DNA from: a virus
Length of the DNA stretch: 64,000 nucleotides
IMG/VR virus record: IMGVR_UViG_3300030328_002122
Coordinates: 81,195-145,194 of that record
Strand: one strand, 5' to 3'
Made by a program: the position numbers and the translations under genes. Positions within the stretch are counted from its first letter, which is position 1, and each line of letters opens with the position of its first letter. Below are positions 1 through 11,161 of this stretch, in pieces. The notes beneath the pieces were generated by a model that worked only from the letters and a program-made list of their open reading frames with translations, did not search any database and had not been told where the DNA came from.

Positions 1-2
1 TA

Positions 3-806
3 TATAGAGTTTTAGGTAAAAGAAAGTATTCTTTTCATAGGGGTTCTGCATGGGTAAGTAAACTAGGAGAGTATTTTAAAGATTCTGGTCAAGATTATTT
101 TACTGATATTAATAAATGGACACCAGCTGATATTTGGTTGATAGACGATTCACAGTTAGGAAAATATGATTTTGGGGGTGGAGTTGGATTACCATATTTA
201 AATAATATACTTTTACAAGCATATGCAGCTCGTGATATAATTGGTGTATCTTTAAAGAAAACCACTAAAGCAAAACTTAGTCAAATGAATTATAGAAAAC
301 CATTTAAAGAACCTAATTTTACAAGAGTGAATTTTGGTAAAAGAGATTATTTTAAATCTAAAGATGGTTATATTCAATTTAAAGAAGGTGAAATACAATT
401 TAGAACCTTTCCTGCTTTTCAAGGAGAGATAATTGGTAAAACAGCAAAACATGGAAAAATAAGTGGTGATAGTGGCCCTTTGGGCCCAATAGGTAAAGTT
501 ATGAGATCAATTGGAGCTCAACCCATTCCTGCTCGAAAAGATATAACTGCAATGATAAAACAACAAGAAGATGAGTTTTTTCAAAAGTTTCATAATGAAT
601 ATTCACAAGCGGTACAAAAACCATTATCATTAAAAGATTTTAGAACTAATTTGAGTCGTAAAGATAGTGGTTGGTTAGAATCGAAATATCTAGTAACATT
701 TATGTTTAATCGTATAAGAGGAAAAGAACAACTATTTTTATCTAAAGCATTTAGATATGCAAAATCACAATCTAAAGAATCAGCTGTTCATTTGAAGGTG
801 TATTAA
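3..806 (+). CDS. conserved T4-like phage hypothetical protein, 5'-truncated (PD-(D/E)xK-like)
   Basis: Frame is open from position 3, upstream of the track start at 138; contains KWTPADIW...GVSLKK motif seen in marine T4-like phage proteins. Confidence 0.55.
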   Translation, partial: YRVLGKRKYSFHRGSAWVSKLGEYFKDSGQDYFTDINKWTPADIWLIDDSQLGKYDFGGGVGLPYLNNILLQAYAARDIIGVSLKKTTKAKLSQMNYRKPFKEPNFTRVNFGKRDYFKSKDGYIQFKEGEIQFRTFPAFQGEIIGKTAKHGKISGDSGPLGPIGKVMRSIGAQPIPARKDITAMIKQQEDEFFQKFHNEYSQAVQKPLSLKDFRTNLSRKDSGWLESKYLVTFMFNRIRGKEQLFLSKAFRYAKSQSKESAVHLKVY

Positions 807-2053
807 TGATTAAGTTTAGTAATTTTTTAACTGAAGATAAGGCTGGTAAGAATTTACATCTAGAACATATCGAAGATGAAATTCTAAACTTTGGTGTGCC
901 TGGTGGTAGAGCTGCAATCAACTTTGTTCAATCACTTAGAGATATGTTATCTGGTTCTTCAAGATCATCAGTCAATATGACAGTCAAATGGGATGGTGCT
1001 CCTGCAATCTTTGCTGGTACAGATCCTAGTGATGGTAAATTCTTTGTTGCAAAGAAATCAGTATTCAATGTTAATCCAAAATTATATAAGACTAATGCAG
1101 AAATAGATGCAGATTTATCTGGAGATTTAAATGCAAAATTCAAAGTCGCACTTGCAGAGTTCTCAAAACTTGGAATCAAAGGAGTCCTTCAAGGAGATCT
1201 TATGTACACCTCAAATGATTTATCGAAAGAAAATGTTGAGGGGATATCATATTACACTTTCCAGCCTAACACTATTGTTTACGCTGTTCCTATTGACAGC
1301 ACTTTAGGTAAGGTTATAAAGAGTTCTAAGATAGGAGTTGTATGGCATACAACATATACAGGAGATAATCTACAGGATATGAAAGCTTCTTTTGGTGCAA
1401 ACATAAGTGGTCTTAAAACTGTATCAAGTGTTTGGATGGATGATGCAACTTATAAAGATGTATCTGGTAAAGCAACAATGACAGAAAAAGAAACTACATC
1501 AGTTACTAAGTCATTATCAAATGCTGGTTCTATGTTCCAAAAAATAAACTCATCTATGTTAAGTAAGTTTTTAAATATACAAAATACATTTACTGGTAAC
1601 CTATCTGGTGCATCTTTGAAAACATATAACAATAGTAAAGTACGACAGGGTAAACCTGTATCAAATCCAAAATCCCATGCACAAGGATATATAAGTTGGG
1701 TAGAAGATACGTTTCAAAAACAAATTGATAAACTAAAAACACAATCAAGAAAAGATGCACTAGAGAATAAAAAGAAAGAAATATCTCGTGAGTTGCAAAA
1801 ACATACTTCTAATCTTACAAATGTGATCGCATTTCAAAATTATATAGTAGAAGCAAAGATGGGAATCGTAAGGAAACTAAATAGTGTTAAGGGGTTGACT
1901 AATACTTTTATCAAAACTGCAAATGGATTTAAAGTAACTAATCCAGAGGGGTATGTTGCAATAGATAGAATTTCTGGTAATGCAGTTAAACTTGTTGATA
2001 GAATGGAGTTTAGTTTTAACAACTTTACTGCAATAAAGGCGTGGGACAAATGA
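806..2053 (+). CDS. DUF6267-like protein, ligase-type nucleotidyltransferase (KxDG) fold; probable capsid-internal protein
   Basis: KNLHLEHIED, TVKWDGAPA, QGDLMY, PEGYV and KLVDR motifs; N-terminus MIKFSNFLTE resembles a capsid-targeting sequence. Confidence 0.7.
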   Translation: MIKFSNFLTEDKAGKNLHLEHIEDEILNFGVPGGRAAINFVQSLRDMLSGSSRSSVNMTVKWDGAPAIFAGTDPSDGKFFVAKKSVFNVNPKLYKTNAEIDADLSGDLNAKFKVALAEFSKLGIKGVLQGDLMYTSNDLSKENVEGISYYTFQPNTIVYAVPIDSTLGKVIKSSKIGVVWHTTYTGDNLQDMKASFGANISGLKTVSSVWMDDATYKDVSGKATMTEKETTSVTKSLSNAGSMFQKINSSMLSKFLNIQNTFTGNLSGASLKTYNNSKVRQGKPVSNPKSHAQGYISWVEDTFQKQIDKLKTQSRKDALENKKKEISRELQKHTSNLTNVIAFQNYIVEAKMGIVRKLNSVKGLTNTFIKTANGFKVTNPEGYVAIDRISGNAVKLVDRMEFSFNNFTAIKAWDK

Positions 2054-2442
2054 AAACATATGAAGAGTTAATGTACGAATTAGAAGAAAAGAAAGCGATG
2101 AGCGTTCTTCAAAGACGTAAGATGGGTATTCGTATGAGAAAGATGATGAAGAACCCAGCCGTTCAAGCGAAGATTGCAAGATCAAAAAAGAAACTTGCTC
2201 CAGATTCAAAAATTTTACAACGTGCAAATAAAGCTGCAAAACAAATTATTATTAAAAAGTTTGCTGGACTACAACCAAATGAATATGCAAATTTATCTAT
2301 GATGCAAAGACAAACGATAGATAATAAAATTGTTTCAAAAAAGGCTGGTGCGATTAAAAAGATTGCAAAGAAACTAGTTGTTAAGTTGAAGAAAGCAGAA
2401 CTAGAAAGATTGAAAAAAGCAAGAGAGGTTGGAAACCAATGA
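2050..2442 (+). CDS. basic hypothetical protein, probable capsid-internal
   Basis: ATG at 2050 gives MKTYEELMYE, similar to the T4 internal-protein capsid-targeting sequence; very Lys/Arg rich. Confidence 0.6.
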   Translation: MKTYEELMYELEEKKAMSVLQRRKMGIRMRKMMKNPAVQAKIARSKKKLAPDSKILQRANKAAKQIIIKKFAGLQPNEYANLSMMQRQTIDNKIVSKKAGAIKKIAKKLVVKLKKAELERLKKAREVGNQ

Positions 2443-4067
2443 AAAAGTTTTTAGACATTGCAGAAGCTAGAGGGGATACTGCTGTCTTTACTTTTGGTAG
2501 ATTTAATCCACCAACTATAGGACACGAAAAGTTAGTAGATAAAGTTGCATCTGTCGCTAAGAGTAATCCAGGCGCACCTTATTATATCTTTGCATCACAT
2601 TCAGAAAACCCAAAGAAAGATCCATTACCATATGTAAAAAAAGTTGCATATATGAAAAAGATGTTCTCAAAACATTCTAGGAATATAACAACAAGTAGAG
2701 ATAGAACTGTATTTGAACTTGCAGTAACACTTTACAATAAAGGACATAAAGCAATTGTGATGGTTGTTGGTTCTGATAGAGTTACAGAGTTCGACACACT
2801 ATTAAACAAATATAATGGTGTTGAAGGTAGACATGGTTACTATGGTTTTGATAATATAGAGGTTGTATCTGCTGGAGAAAGAGATCCAGATGCAGAAGGT
2901 GTATCTGGAATGTCTGCATCAAAGATGAGAGCAGCTGCATCAGCAGATGACTACGATACTTTTAAATTAGGGTTACCTAAGAACTTTAATAATGGAATGT
3001 CTTTATTTAAAGATGTTCGTAAATTTATGGGTATTCGTGAGTCTTTTGTTGAACACCAAGTTAATATGACAGAGGAAGATGTTATTCGTGATATGTATGT
3101 TGAAAATAAAATATTCTGTACTGGAGATATTGTAGAAGATGATTATAGTGGCGTATCTGGTACAGTAGTTCGTAGAGGAACAAATTATCTTGTATTTGCA
3201 GAAAGTGATGGTACAACTCATAAGAGATGGTTATATGAAGTAAGAAGAGTAAAACAAGAAGCAAGAGCAAAACAAGCAGTTTCTGGTGGAAAAGTTCAGA
3301 AACTTGTTACTGCACATGGTTTAAAATATAATGGTAAGGTGTATAAAGAAATAGATATGGAACTAAAAGGTATTGACAACAATACTCAAATGGTTACATT
3401 TAATATTATACATCCCAAAGAAATATTTGGTAATGAAGTTAAAATTGCATTTAAAGTTTTGAGAAGAGGCCCCTTCATGGCAACTGATACTTCAAAGATA
3501 AATAAAGAAGATTTGGATGAAAAAGGAATAAAAAGAGCTTATGATAATATTGTAAAAGATTATTCTGATATGGTAAAAAAAGGAAAGGGTAAACATAGTA
3601 ACTCTTTCTATCTGTCAAGAGCTGCAATGAATTATGGAGTTGATACTATCAAACCTATTAGAGATTATATTAACTCTCTTGTTAAATCAGATGAATTACC
3701 AAAAGATTTATCGGCAGAATACGAAAAATTTGATGAAGAATTAGACGAAAAGATTGAAAGTCTTGTAAATAAATCTAATCAAAATGGTGTTCCATATTCT
3801 ATACTTAAAGAAAGTTATGATAGAGGAATGTCTGCATGGAAAAATGGTCACAGGCCAGGTGTAAGTCAACAACAATGGGCGTTTGCAAGAGTCAACTCTA
3901 TGTTAACTGGTGGAAAAGCAGATCCAGATTTACAAAAACAAATTCGTGTTAGTGGATATAAAAAGAAAAAGAAATTAAAGTTAGAAGATTTTAAAGAAAA
4001 TGTTTCATATATAAAAAAGAAAGAAGAAAAAATAATATCTTTTAAAGAACACGTTAGGGGTATTTAA
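2439..4067 (+). CDS. HxGH-family (cytidylyltransferase-like) nucleotidyltransferase with C-terminal accessory domains
   Basis: TFGRFNPPTIGHEKL, VVGSDR, SAGERDPD and MSASKMR motifs; C-terminal YDRGMSAW..GHRPG..QQWAFARVN domain. Confidence 0.85.
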   Translation: MKKFLDIAEARGDTAVFTFGRFNPPTIGHEKLVDKVASVAKSNPGAPYYIFASHSENPKKDPLPYVKKVAYMKKMFSKHSRNITTSRDRTVFELAVTLYNKGHKAIVMVVGSDRVTEFDTLLNKYNGVEGRHGYYGFDNIEVVSAGERDPDAEGVSGMSASKMRAAASADDYDTFKLGLPKNFNNGMSLFKDVRKFMGIRESFVEHQVNMTEEDVIRDMYVENKIFCTGDIVEDDYSGVSGTVVRRGTNYLVFAESDGTTHKRWLYEVRRVKQEARAKQAVSGGKVQKLVTAHGLKYNGKVYKEIDMELKGIDNNTQMVTFNIIHPKEIFGNEVKIAFKVLRRGPFMATDTSKINKEDLDEKGIKRAYDNIVKDYSDMVKKGKGKHSNSFYLSRAAMNYGVDTIKPIRDYINSLVKSDELPKDLSAEYEKFDEELDEKIESLVNKSNQNGVPYSILKESYDRGMSAWKNGHRPGVSQQQWAFARVNSMLTGGKADPDLQKQIRVSGYKKKKKLKLEDFKENVSYIKKKEEKIISFKEHVRGI

Positions 4068-6947
4068 ATGGGAAAAGCAAGGAATAGAGCTGAACGTACT
4101 GGAAGTATGGATGTTGTCATTGGTACTACTAAGTTAGTAACTAATTCTGGTGATATAGAAGTAAAAGATACCAGTAATAATAGAAAGAAAATTATTGCGT
4201 CAGAAATCAAACTTGGTACTGGTAATGATATTGTTATTATTAAAAGAAATTCAAGTACAGGACAAGCTCAATTTCAATCATCATCTGATGGTGGAAGTAG
4301 TACAAGTGAACAAACTGTGGGCGGTGCTAGTACTGTAACTAATGCATCTGATTTGCCTATTACTGGAAATCAAGCTGGTGATTTGAAACTTGTTACTTCA
4401 ACCAATAATTTGATGATTCACAATGGTACTGGTTGGTATAAAATAGCAACAATTACAAACGCATCACCTACGATATCTTCTGCTGGAAGTGCTGCATATA
4501 ATTTTGCAACAAATGGAACAGCAGTTTCTATAGAAATTGTTGCAACAGATCCAGAGGGTGCTGCTTTACAATATAAGTATCAAGTCACAACTGGATCATT
4601 AGGTTCAACTGCAGCTGTAACAAATAGTGCAACATCTGGTGGTACTTACTCTGCGCTTGCAGCTAATACTTATAGTAATAATAGATTCTTTAAAGTTACG
4701 CCTAGTACAAATACTGCTCATGCTGGTACATTTGCAATCACATTTTCTGTAACTGATGGTATCAATACTGCGAACTCTAGTGCATCTTCATTTACTTTGG
4801 CATTTGAAACTTTTGGATCTACTGCTTTGGATTTAAACGCAGGCCCTACTTCGGCTGGTGATGCTCATTTAGAAGTTGCAGCCCATTCTGATTTTACTTT
4901 AGGTACTAATAATTTTACAATTGAGGGTTGGTTTTTTTCTCAAGGGCCTGCTCCATCACAGGATTATCCATCTGCTAGGGTGGGATATAGAAACTCTGTT
5001 GGATATTCTCCTCACCTTTTTGATTTTAGAAACGTAAGTGGGAATAATAAAAGAGCGCCTATGGTATGGATAGGTGGAACTGGTGGAAACAACGCTCAAG
5101 CGGGTAATTTAACATTTCGATATCATGTTACTGGCTCTGATCGTATTACAAGCTCCCGCCAGTTTCCAGAAATAGAAAATCAATGGTTTCATTTTGCTAT
5201 CGTCAGAAATTCTTCAACAACAACTATGTATATTAATGGTACATCTGAAGGTACATGGTCGGACAGTACAAATTATGATGAAATAGATAAGTTGTGGATA
5301 GGTAGAAAACATACTAATGGAAGTCATAACTTTACTGGATGGGTTTCAAATTTTAGAATAGTTAATGGTACTGCTGTATATACTGCTAACTTTACGCCTC
5401 CAACTGCACCTCTTACTGCCATTGCAAATACAAAGTTATTAATTTGTACAAAAAATAATGCAGTAGACGATATAGGCCCTACTGGTCATACAGTAACAAA
5501 ATCTGGTACTGCTACTCATTCTACTTTTAATCCATACCCTTGGGCTACTACTGGTTGGGGTTCAGTATTTTTCGATAAAAACAATGATAGGATTAAATAT
5601 ATAAAAGGTGGTGGAAATGCAGTAACAGGTATGACCGCTCTTACAGACCTTACAGTAGAAGCTTGGGTCTATCATTTTGCTGGACATAGTGATGATAGTA
5701 CAGATCCAACTACTGAAGAAATATATGTGCATTTTACTGATAACCTTTCTAGTGGTGTACAAATGTCATTTGGTAGAAAAAGAACTGAAAGTACTACTTG
5801 TCCAATATTTACTAGTACGTCTGGTCATCCTTATCAAAATCAAGTTTATACAGCTAACGCAGCCCATGATGTAAATCGTGGTGGGTGGTATCATGTTGCT
5901 TTTGTAAAAGATGGTACTAACCTAAGAATGTATAAAAATGGCACTAATGTAGCTGGGAATAATCAAACTTCTGCTACTAATCTTCCTTCATCATTTAGAG
6001 TAGGTGAAATTTATATTGGTGCAGATTCTGGTAATGGTTATGATATGTTAGGATATATGTCTAATCTTAGAATTTCTAATAGTGCAAGATATAGTGCCGA
6101 TTTTACTCCATCAACAACACCACTTACTAGTGATTCAAATACAGTATTGTTGACTTGTCAAAGGGCTGCACCACAAAAGCTTACAAATGGAGCAACAACT
6201 TTTAGTGGAACTAATACTAAATTAACTACAGCGGCTAGTAGTGACTTCACACTTGGAACTGGAGATTTTACAGCAGAAGGTTGGTTTAATTGGCCTTCTC
6301 TCCCAGGCAGTGGAAAGTATATTGTCGATATTGGTAGTAATGGTTGTGTTTTGCAATTTCAAAGTAATACTCAAATAGGTTTTTGGAATGGTACTGATGG
6401 TTATGTACAAGGATCATATACTTTTGTAGTCGATACTTGGTATCATATTGCTTGGACAAGAGCATCTGGAACAGGAAAATGTTATGTTAATGGCACTCAA
6501 GTAGTTTCTGGTACTTTAAATAAAGATGTAACTACTAATACATTAACAATGAATGGTTATGGTGGTGGTGGATCTTATGGTCAAGGTGGGGTAAAATGGA
6601 GTGATTTCAGACTTGTAAAAGGTAAAGCAGTTTATACTGGTGCGTTTTCACCGCCTACTGGCCCATTAACAAAAACTGGTGGAACTTATCCTAATAGTAC
6701 AAACCGAAGTGATCCTTCAGCTTCACAAACTGTACTTTTAACTCATCAAGCATCATCTGGATCAACTGCAACAGATAATAGCGATAGTGGTCATACAATC
6801 TCAAATGGTGCTGCTTTTGGTGGTAGTATATCATTAGGTGCTGGAAATCAAAATATTGCAACAGATCAAGGTGCAAATAGTTTAGGTCTAGTAGTAGAAG
6901 GTGATGTACGTAATGCTAGATATTGGCCATTTACTTATAATGGATAA
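4068..6947 (+). CDS. LamG/concanavalin-A-like repeat virion fibre protein 1
   Basis: Three FTxExW...WxHxAxxR...YxNG...SNFR modules; Gly/Ser/Thr rich; N-terminal region shared with the two downstream paralogs. Confidence 0.8.
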   Translation: MGKARNRAERTGSMDVVIGTTKLVTNSGDIEVKDTSNNRKKIIASEIKLGTGNDIVIIKRNSSTGQAQFQSSSDGGSSTSEQTVGGASTVTNASDLPITGNQAGDLKLVTSTNNLMIHNGTGWYKIATITNASPTISSAGSAAYNFATNGTAVSIEIVATDPEGAALQYKYQVTTGSLGSTAAVTNSATSGGTYSALAANTYSNNRFFKVTPSTNTAHAGTFAITFSVTDGINTANSSASSFTLAFETFGSTALDLNAGPTSAGDAHLEVAAHSDFTLGTNNFTIEGWFFSQGPAPSQDYPSARVGYRNSVGYSPHLFDFRNVSGNNKRAPMVWIGGTGGNNAQAGNLTFRYHVTGSDRITSSRQFPEIENQWFHFAIVRNSSTTTMYINGTSEGTWSDSTNYDEIDKLWIGRKHTNGSHNFTGWVSNFRIVNGTAVYTANFTPPTAPLTAIANTKLLICTKNNAVDDIGPTGHTVTKSGTATHSTFNPYPWATTGWGSVFFDKNNDRIKYIKGGGNAVTGMTALTDLTVEAWVYHFAGHSDDSTDPTTEEIYVHFTDNLSSGVQMSFGRKRTESTTCPIFTSTSGHPYQNQVYTANAAHDVNRGGWYHVAFVKDGTNLRMYKNGTNVAGNNQTSATNLPSSFRVGEIYIGADSGNGYDMLGYMSNLRISNSARYSADFTPSTTPLTSDSNTVLLTCQRAAPQKLTNGATTFSGTNTKLTTAASSDFTLGTGDFTAEGWFNWPSLPGSGKYIVDIGSNGCVLQFQSNTQIGFWNGTDGYVQGSYTFVVDTWYHIAWTRASGTGKCYVNGTQVVSGTLNKDVTTNTLTMNGYGGGGSYGQGGVKWSDFRLVKGKAVYTGAFSPPTGPLTKTGGTYPNSTNRSDPSASQTVLLTHQASSGSTATDNSDSGHTISNGAAFGGSISLGAGNQNIATDQGANSLGLVVEGDVRNARYWPFTYNG

Positions 6948-6979
6948 TTCATTCTAAAAATTCTAAAGGAACACGATAA

Positions 6980-9900
6980 ATGAGTATAGCAAGAGATAGA
7001 GCAAATAGAAGTGGATCAGATCCTTTACAGATTGATAATACAAAATTAGTTACAGATTCTGGTGATTTAAAGGTTCAAGATGTAAGTGGTAATGAAAAAA
7101 AACTTATAGCATCAGAAATTCATGTAGGAACTGGTGCAGATAAAGTCATATTAAAGAGAGATTCCTCTACAGGTAAAGTTGCAATTCAGACACAAGCATC
7201 TGGAGAAGCTGCAGAAGGTGGTACTGTTGCAAGTACAACTGTTTATGCAACTACAGCTCTTTTACCAACAAATCCAACTGATGGTCAACAAGCTCTAGTT
7301 ACTGCAAATAATTTCATGTTTATTGCAAAATCTAATGGATGGTATAAAATAGCAGAAATTACTAATACTGCTCCTACTATTTCGTCAGCTGGTAATGCAT
7401 CTTATCAGTTTTTAACTGATGGAACTCCAGTTTCTATAGAAATTACTGCTACAGACTCAGAAGTTGGTAGTGCGTTACAGTACAAATATGTAGTAAGTTC
7501 TGGATCAATAGGTTCAACTGCAGCTATTACTTCAAGTGCAACATCTGGTGGAACTTATAGTGCATTAGCCGCCAATACATTGACTACAAACAAATTTTTT
7601 AAAGTGACGCCCAGTACAACTGATGCTCACGCTGGTACTTTTAGTTTAACCTTCTCAGCATCTGATGGTGTTGCAGTTGCAACTTCTAGTGCATCTGAAT
7701 TTACTTTACAGTTTGATGTGCCTGGATCATATAAAGTTGGGCCTTATAATGCTGATACAGACTATTATAGTTTTCCTGCTAGTTCAGATTTTAATTTTGG
7801 ATCAAATAATTTTACTATAGAAGCATGGGTATGGCCTGATGGAGCTGCAGCTGATAAAAGAGGATCTTGGATAGAATGGGGGCCAGATGATAGTAATAAT
7901 GTATTAAGAATATTTCAAGGATCTTCAACACAAAGTGCTTCTAATACAGATAATGATTTAGAAGCAATATATATAGTGGGTGGAACAGATAAATTTGAAA
8001 TTGTTGCTCAAGATGGACTAAAACCAAATGCTTGGAATCATATTGCTCTACAAAGAGTAAGTAATACCATACATCTTTTTGTTGATGGTAGTGAAGTAGG
8101 TTCTGCTTCTTATAGTGGTACAGTTGATCTTTCATCATGGGTTGGATATCTTGGTATGGATAAGTATGGTACTGATAGAACAGCAACTGGTTATATATCA
8201 AATGTTAGAGTTGTAAATGGAAGTTCGGCTTATAGTGTAACTGCAGCTCCTCATAGTGGATCAATTCTTCTTAGTGGTGGTGCTGTTACTACAAGTACAA
8301 GTACTGATTTTACAATGGGTACAGGAGATTGGACAATAGAATTATGGTTCAAATATGGAAGTTCTAGTTTATCTGGAAATAATTATCTTCTTGACTTAGG
8401 TTCTAATGGTTTAAGATTTACTTTTACCAGTGGCTCTATTTTCGCCACATTAAATCATGGAGCTGGAGATACTATTGACTATGATATGGTAGATGATTTA
8501 GGTAGTTTAGATACAAGTAAATGGTATCATCTAGCTTTTACTAGAAGTGGTACAACCCTTAAACTTTATTTGGACGGCGTACTAAAAGGTACTGATACTG
8601 GTATCAGTAGTAATCACGCAACTAATACTTTTACACTTGGTGGTTATGGTGGTGGTGGTTATAATTGGCAAGGTGGTGTATGTGATCTTAGAATTGTAAA
8701 AGGTAAAGCAGTTTATACAGGCGCTTTTACACCACCAAGTGGCCCACTTACAAAAACTGGTGGAACTTATCCTAGTAATGTTAATATAAGTAATCCTTCT
8801 GCAAGTCAAACAATTATGTTACTTGGTAATAATGCAAGTAGTGTTACAGATACAAGTGATACTCCTCATACCATGAGTCATGGTGGTTCAGTTTCTGCTA
8901 GTTCAGCCGTACCAATTGCAGCCAGTATAACTAAACCAACATCTGGTTTAACTGCTGTAACAAATACAAAACTTTTAACTATGAAAGGGGCAGAACCATC
9001 AAAAGTAACAAATGGTGGAACAACTCTTGCATCTCAAGGTAGTAGTGAATTGAATGTAACATCTACTCATATCCCTGCTTGGGGTACTACTTGGACATTA
9101 GAAACATGGGCTTATTTTACTTCTGGTGGTTCTTATAGAAATATATTTCATGGCGGCGCTGTTGGTAGTGCTTGGTATATGGCAAGAGTTGGTGCAGCTA
9201 TTCAACCATATAATATGGGTTTTAATTACTCCAATATGGGATCAACAAGTGTAAATCAATGGCATCATATTGCTGCGACTTGTAATAATGGTAGTTTTGT
9301 TTTATATATTGACGGCGTTTCAGCTGGTACTGCGACAGCAAGTGCCAGTGGTACTAACCCACTAGGTGTTGGTAGTAGTCAAGATATACGTTTGTTTACT
9401 AATAGTGTCGATAGTCAAGACATGACAGGAACATTATCCGACTCAAGAGTTGTCGTTGGAACTTGTGTATATACAGGCGCTTTTACACCACCAAGTGGCC
9501 CACTTACAAGAACTGGTGGAACTTATCCTAGTAATACAAATGTAAATACAAGTATTCCTTCAGCTCATACTTATTTGTTAACAAATCAAACTTCTTCTGG
9601 ATTAGTAACAGACAATTCTCAATACAATGCGACTATGTATCAACTTGGTGTAACTACAGGTGCTGGATATGAGAAATTACTAGATGTAAATTCACAAGTA
9701 ACAGCAAAAGTTTTAACTAAATATGGTGATGCCAAACATGATTATGCTACTCCATTTGCACAAGGTTCTGGTGGATCGGCATTTTTTGGAACTTATCTTG
9801 GCGCCAATAATGCTAATATTGGTACTCTTATTCCAACTGCAAATAGTGATTTCACTTTGGGTACTGGTGATTATTGTGTAGATGGTTGGTTTAAAAATAC

Positions 9901-11131
9901 ATTTCCTGTAAATACAGGTATCACTCACAATGAAAGACTTTTTGATATTGGTAATAATGGTTGTAGAATATTTTTTAAAAATGGACTAATAAAAGCACAA
10001 ACTGATCAAAGTGTTCAAATGACTTACACACCTGGCACTACTGACGCTGTCTTTCCTACAAATGAATGGCATCATTATGCTCTACAAAGATCAAGTGGTA
10101 CTACAAAATTTTTTCTTGATGGTAAAGAAAAGACTAGTATTTCTGATACTGCAAATCACACATCTAATACTTGTAAGATTGGTGGTTATGGTGCTGATGA
10201 TACTAATGATAAGAAATTTCTTGGTTATATGTCTGATTTTAGAATTGTTAAGGGTGCAACTGCTCATACTGTAACATCTGCGGCCTCATATGGGGGCGGT
10301 TCTATTACTTTTGATGGAACTGGTGACTATGTAACTGGTGTGGTAACAGCAGCAGGAACTAGTGATTTTACTTTAGAATGTTGGTTCAATTTTGATGCTA
10401 CAGGACATAAAGGTATTATGCATATAGGAAATAATGCATGGAGTGGTTCTAATAGTGCTGGTATTGGTATGGCAATAAAACCATCAATAAGTGGTTATCA
10501 AATATATGCAAATGATACTTACACAAATACTAGTAATCAAGGTGTTATACCAGCTACTGGCAGTTGGCATCATGGTGCTATGGTCAGAATAGGTCAAACT
10601 ACAAGATTATATATTGATGGTATAGAAACTATATCTGTAGCAGATCCTAAAAATTATACATCAACACACATTATGATTGGTGGATTTTATAGTACATCTC
10701 AAGTAATGGATGGAAAAATTTCAGACGTAAGATATGTTGTCGGAACAGGAGTTTATAGTGGCAACTTTTCCCCACCAGCTGGAAGATTGACATTAACTGG
10801 TGGAACTTATTTGGATACAACAAATGTCAATACATCAATACCTTCTGGTCATACTAAACTTTTAACTGCAAATGAAGCAACTGGAGCTCCAAATGATGAT
10901 AGTGCATCAAGTGTATCTTTAACTGCTAATGGTGATGCAGCTGCAAATGCCGCAACACCTTTTGTTGATACAATACCATTACCAACATCAAAATCTACTG
11001 CAATAACAGGTACAGTATTATTAACTTGTCAACAAAGTACAGGCGATTTTACTGATGCAAGTTCAAGTAATCATACAATATCGCAAGGTGCTACTGGTAC
11101 AGTATTAGCAAAAAGACACCAACCATATTAG
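6980..11131 (+). CDS. LamG/concanavalin-A-like repeat virion fibre protein 2
   Basis: Five LamG-like modules; shared MxxARDRAxRSGS N-terminus and Ig/cadherin-like segment. Confidence 0.8.
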   Translation: MSIARDRANRSGSDPLQIDNTKLVTDSGDLKVQDVSGNEKKLIASEIHVGTGADKVILKRDSSTGKVAIQTQASGEAAEGGTVASTTVYATTALLPTNPTDGQQALVTANNFMFIAKSNGWYKIAEITNTAPTISSAGNASYQFLTDGTPVSIEITATDSEVGSALQYKYVVSSGSIGSTAAITSSATSGGTYSALAANTLTTNKFFKVTPSTTDAHAGTFSLTFSASDGVAVATSSASEFTLQFDVPGSYKVGPYNADTDYYSFPASSDFNFGSNNFTIEAWVWPDGAAADKRGSWIEWGPDDSNNVLRIFQGSSTQSASNTDNDLEAIYIVGGTDKFEIVAQDGLKPNAWNHIALQRVSNTIHLFVDGSEVGSASYSGTVDLSSWVGYLGMDKYGTDRTATGYISNVRVVNGSSAYSVTAAPHSGSILLSGGAVTTSTSTDFTMGTGDWTIELWFKYGSSSLSGNNYLLDLGSNGLRFTFTSGSIFATLNHGAGDTIDYDMVDDLGSLDTSKWYHLAFTRSGTTLKLYLDGVLKGTDTGISSNHATNTFTLGGYGGGGYNWQGGVCDLRIVKGKAVYTGAFTPPSGPLTKTGGTYPSNVNISNPSASQTIMLLGNNASSVTDTSDTPHTMSHGGSVSASSAVPIAASITKPTSGLTAVTNTKLLTMKGAEPSKVTNGGTTLASQGSSELNVTSTHIPAWGTTWTLETWAYFTSGGSYRNIFHGGAVGSAWYMARVGAAIQPYNMGFNYSNMGSTSVNQWHHIAATCNNGSFVLYIDGVSAGTATASASGTNPLGVGSSQDIRLFTNSVDSQDMTGTLSDSRVVVGTCVYTGAFTPPSGPLTRTGGTYPSNTNVNTSIPSAHTYLLTNQTSSGLVTDNSQYNATMYQLGVTTGAGYEKLLDVNSQVTAKVLTKYGDAKHDYATPFAQGSGGSAFFGTYLGANNANIGTLIPTANSDFTLGTGDYCVDGWFKNTFPVNTGITHNERLFDIGNNGCRIFFKNGLIKAQTDQSVQMTYTPGTTDAVFPTNEWHHYALQRSSGTTKFFLDGKEKTSISDTANHTSNTCKIGGYGADDTNDKKFLGYMSDFRIVKGATAHTVTSAASYGGGSITFDGTGDYVTGVVTAAGTSDFTLECWFNFDATGHKGIMHIGNNAWSGSNSAGIGMAIKPSISGYQIYANDTYTNTSNQGVIPATGSWHHGAMVRIGQTTRLYIDGIETISVADPKNYTSTHIMIGGFYSTSQVMDGKISDVRYVVGTGVYSGNFSPPAGRLTLTGGTYLDTTNVNTSIPSGHTKLLTANEATGAPNDDSASSVSLTANGDAAANAATPFVDTIPLPTSKSTAITGTVLLTCQQSTGDFTDASSSNHTISQGATGTVLAKRHQPY
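8714..9535 (+). repeat. 66-bp direct repeat (8714-8779 and 9470-9535, 1 mismatch) at LamG module junctions
   Basis: tatacaggcgcttttacaccaccaagtggcccacttacaa(a/g)aactggtggaacttatcctagtaat read directly at both sites. Confidence 0.9.
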
Positions 11132-11136
11132 GATAG

Positions 11137-11144
11137 TATAAATA
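11137..11144 (+). promoter_or_regulatory. T4-type late promoter
   Basis: TATAAATA just upstream of the SD and ATG of 11162. Confidence 0.8.
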
Positions 11145-11161
11145 CTTAAAAAGGAATAACT

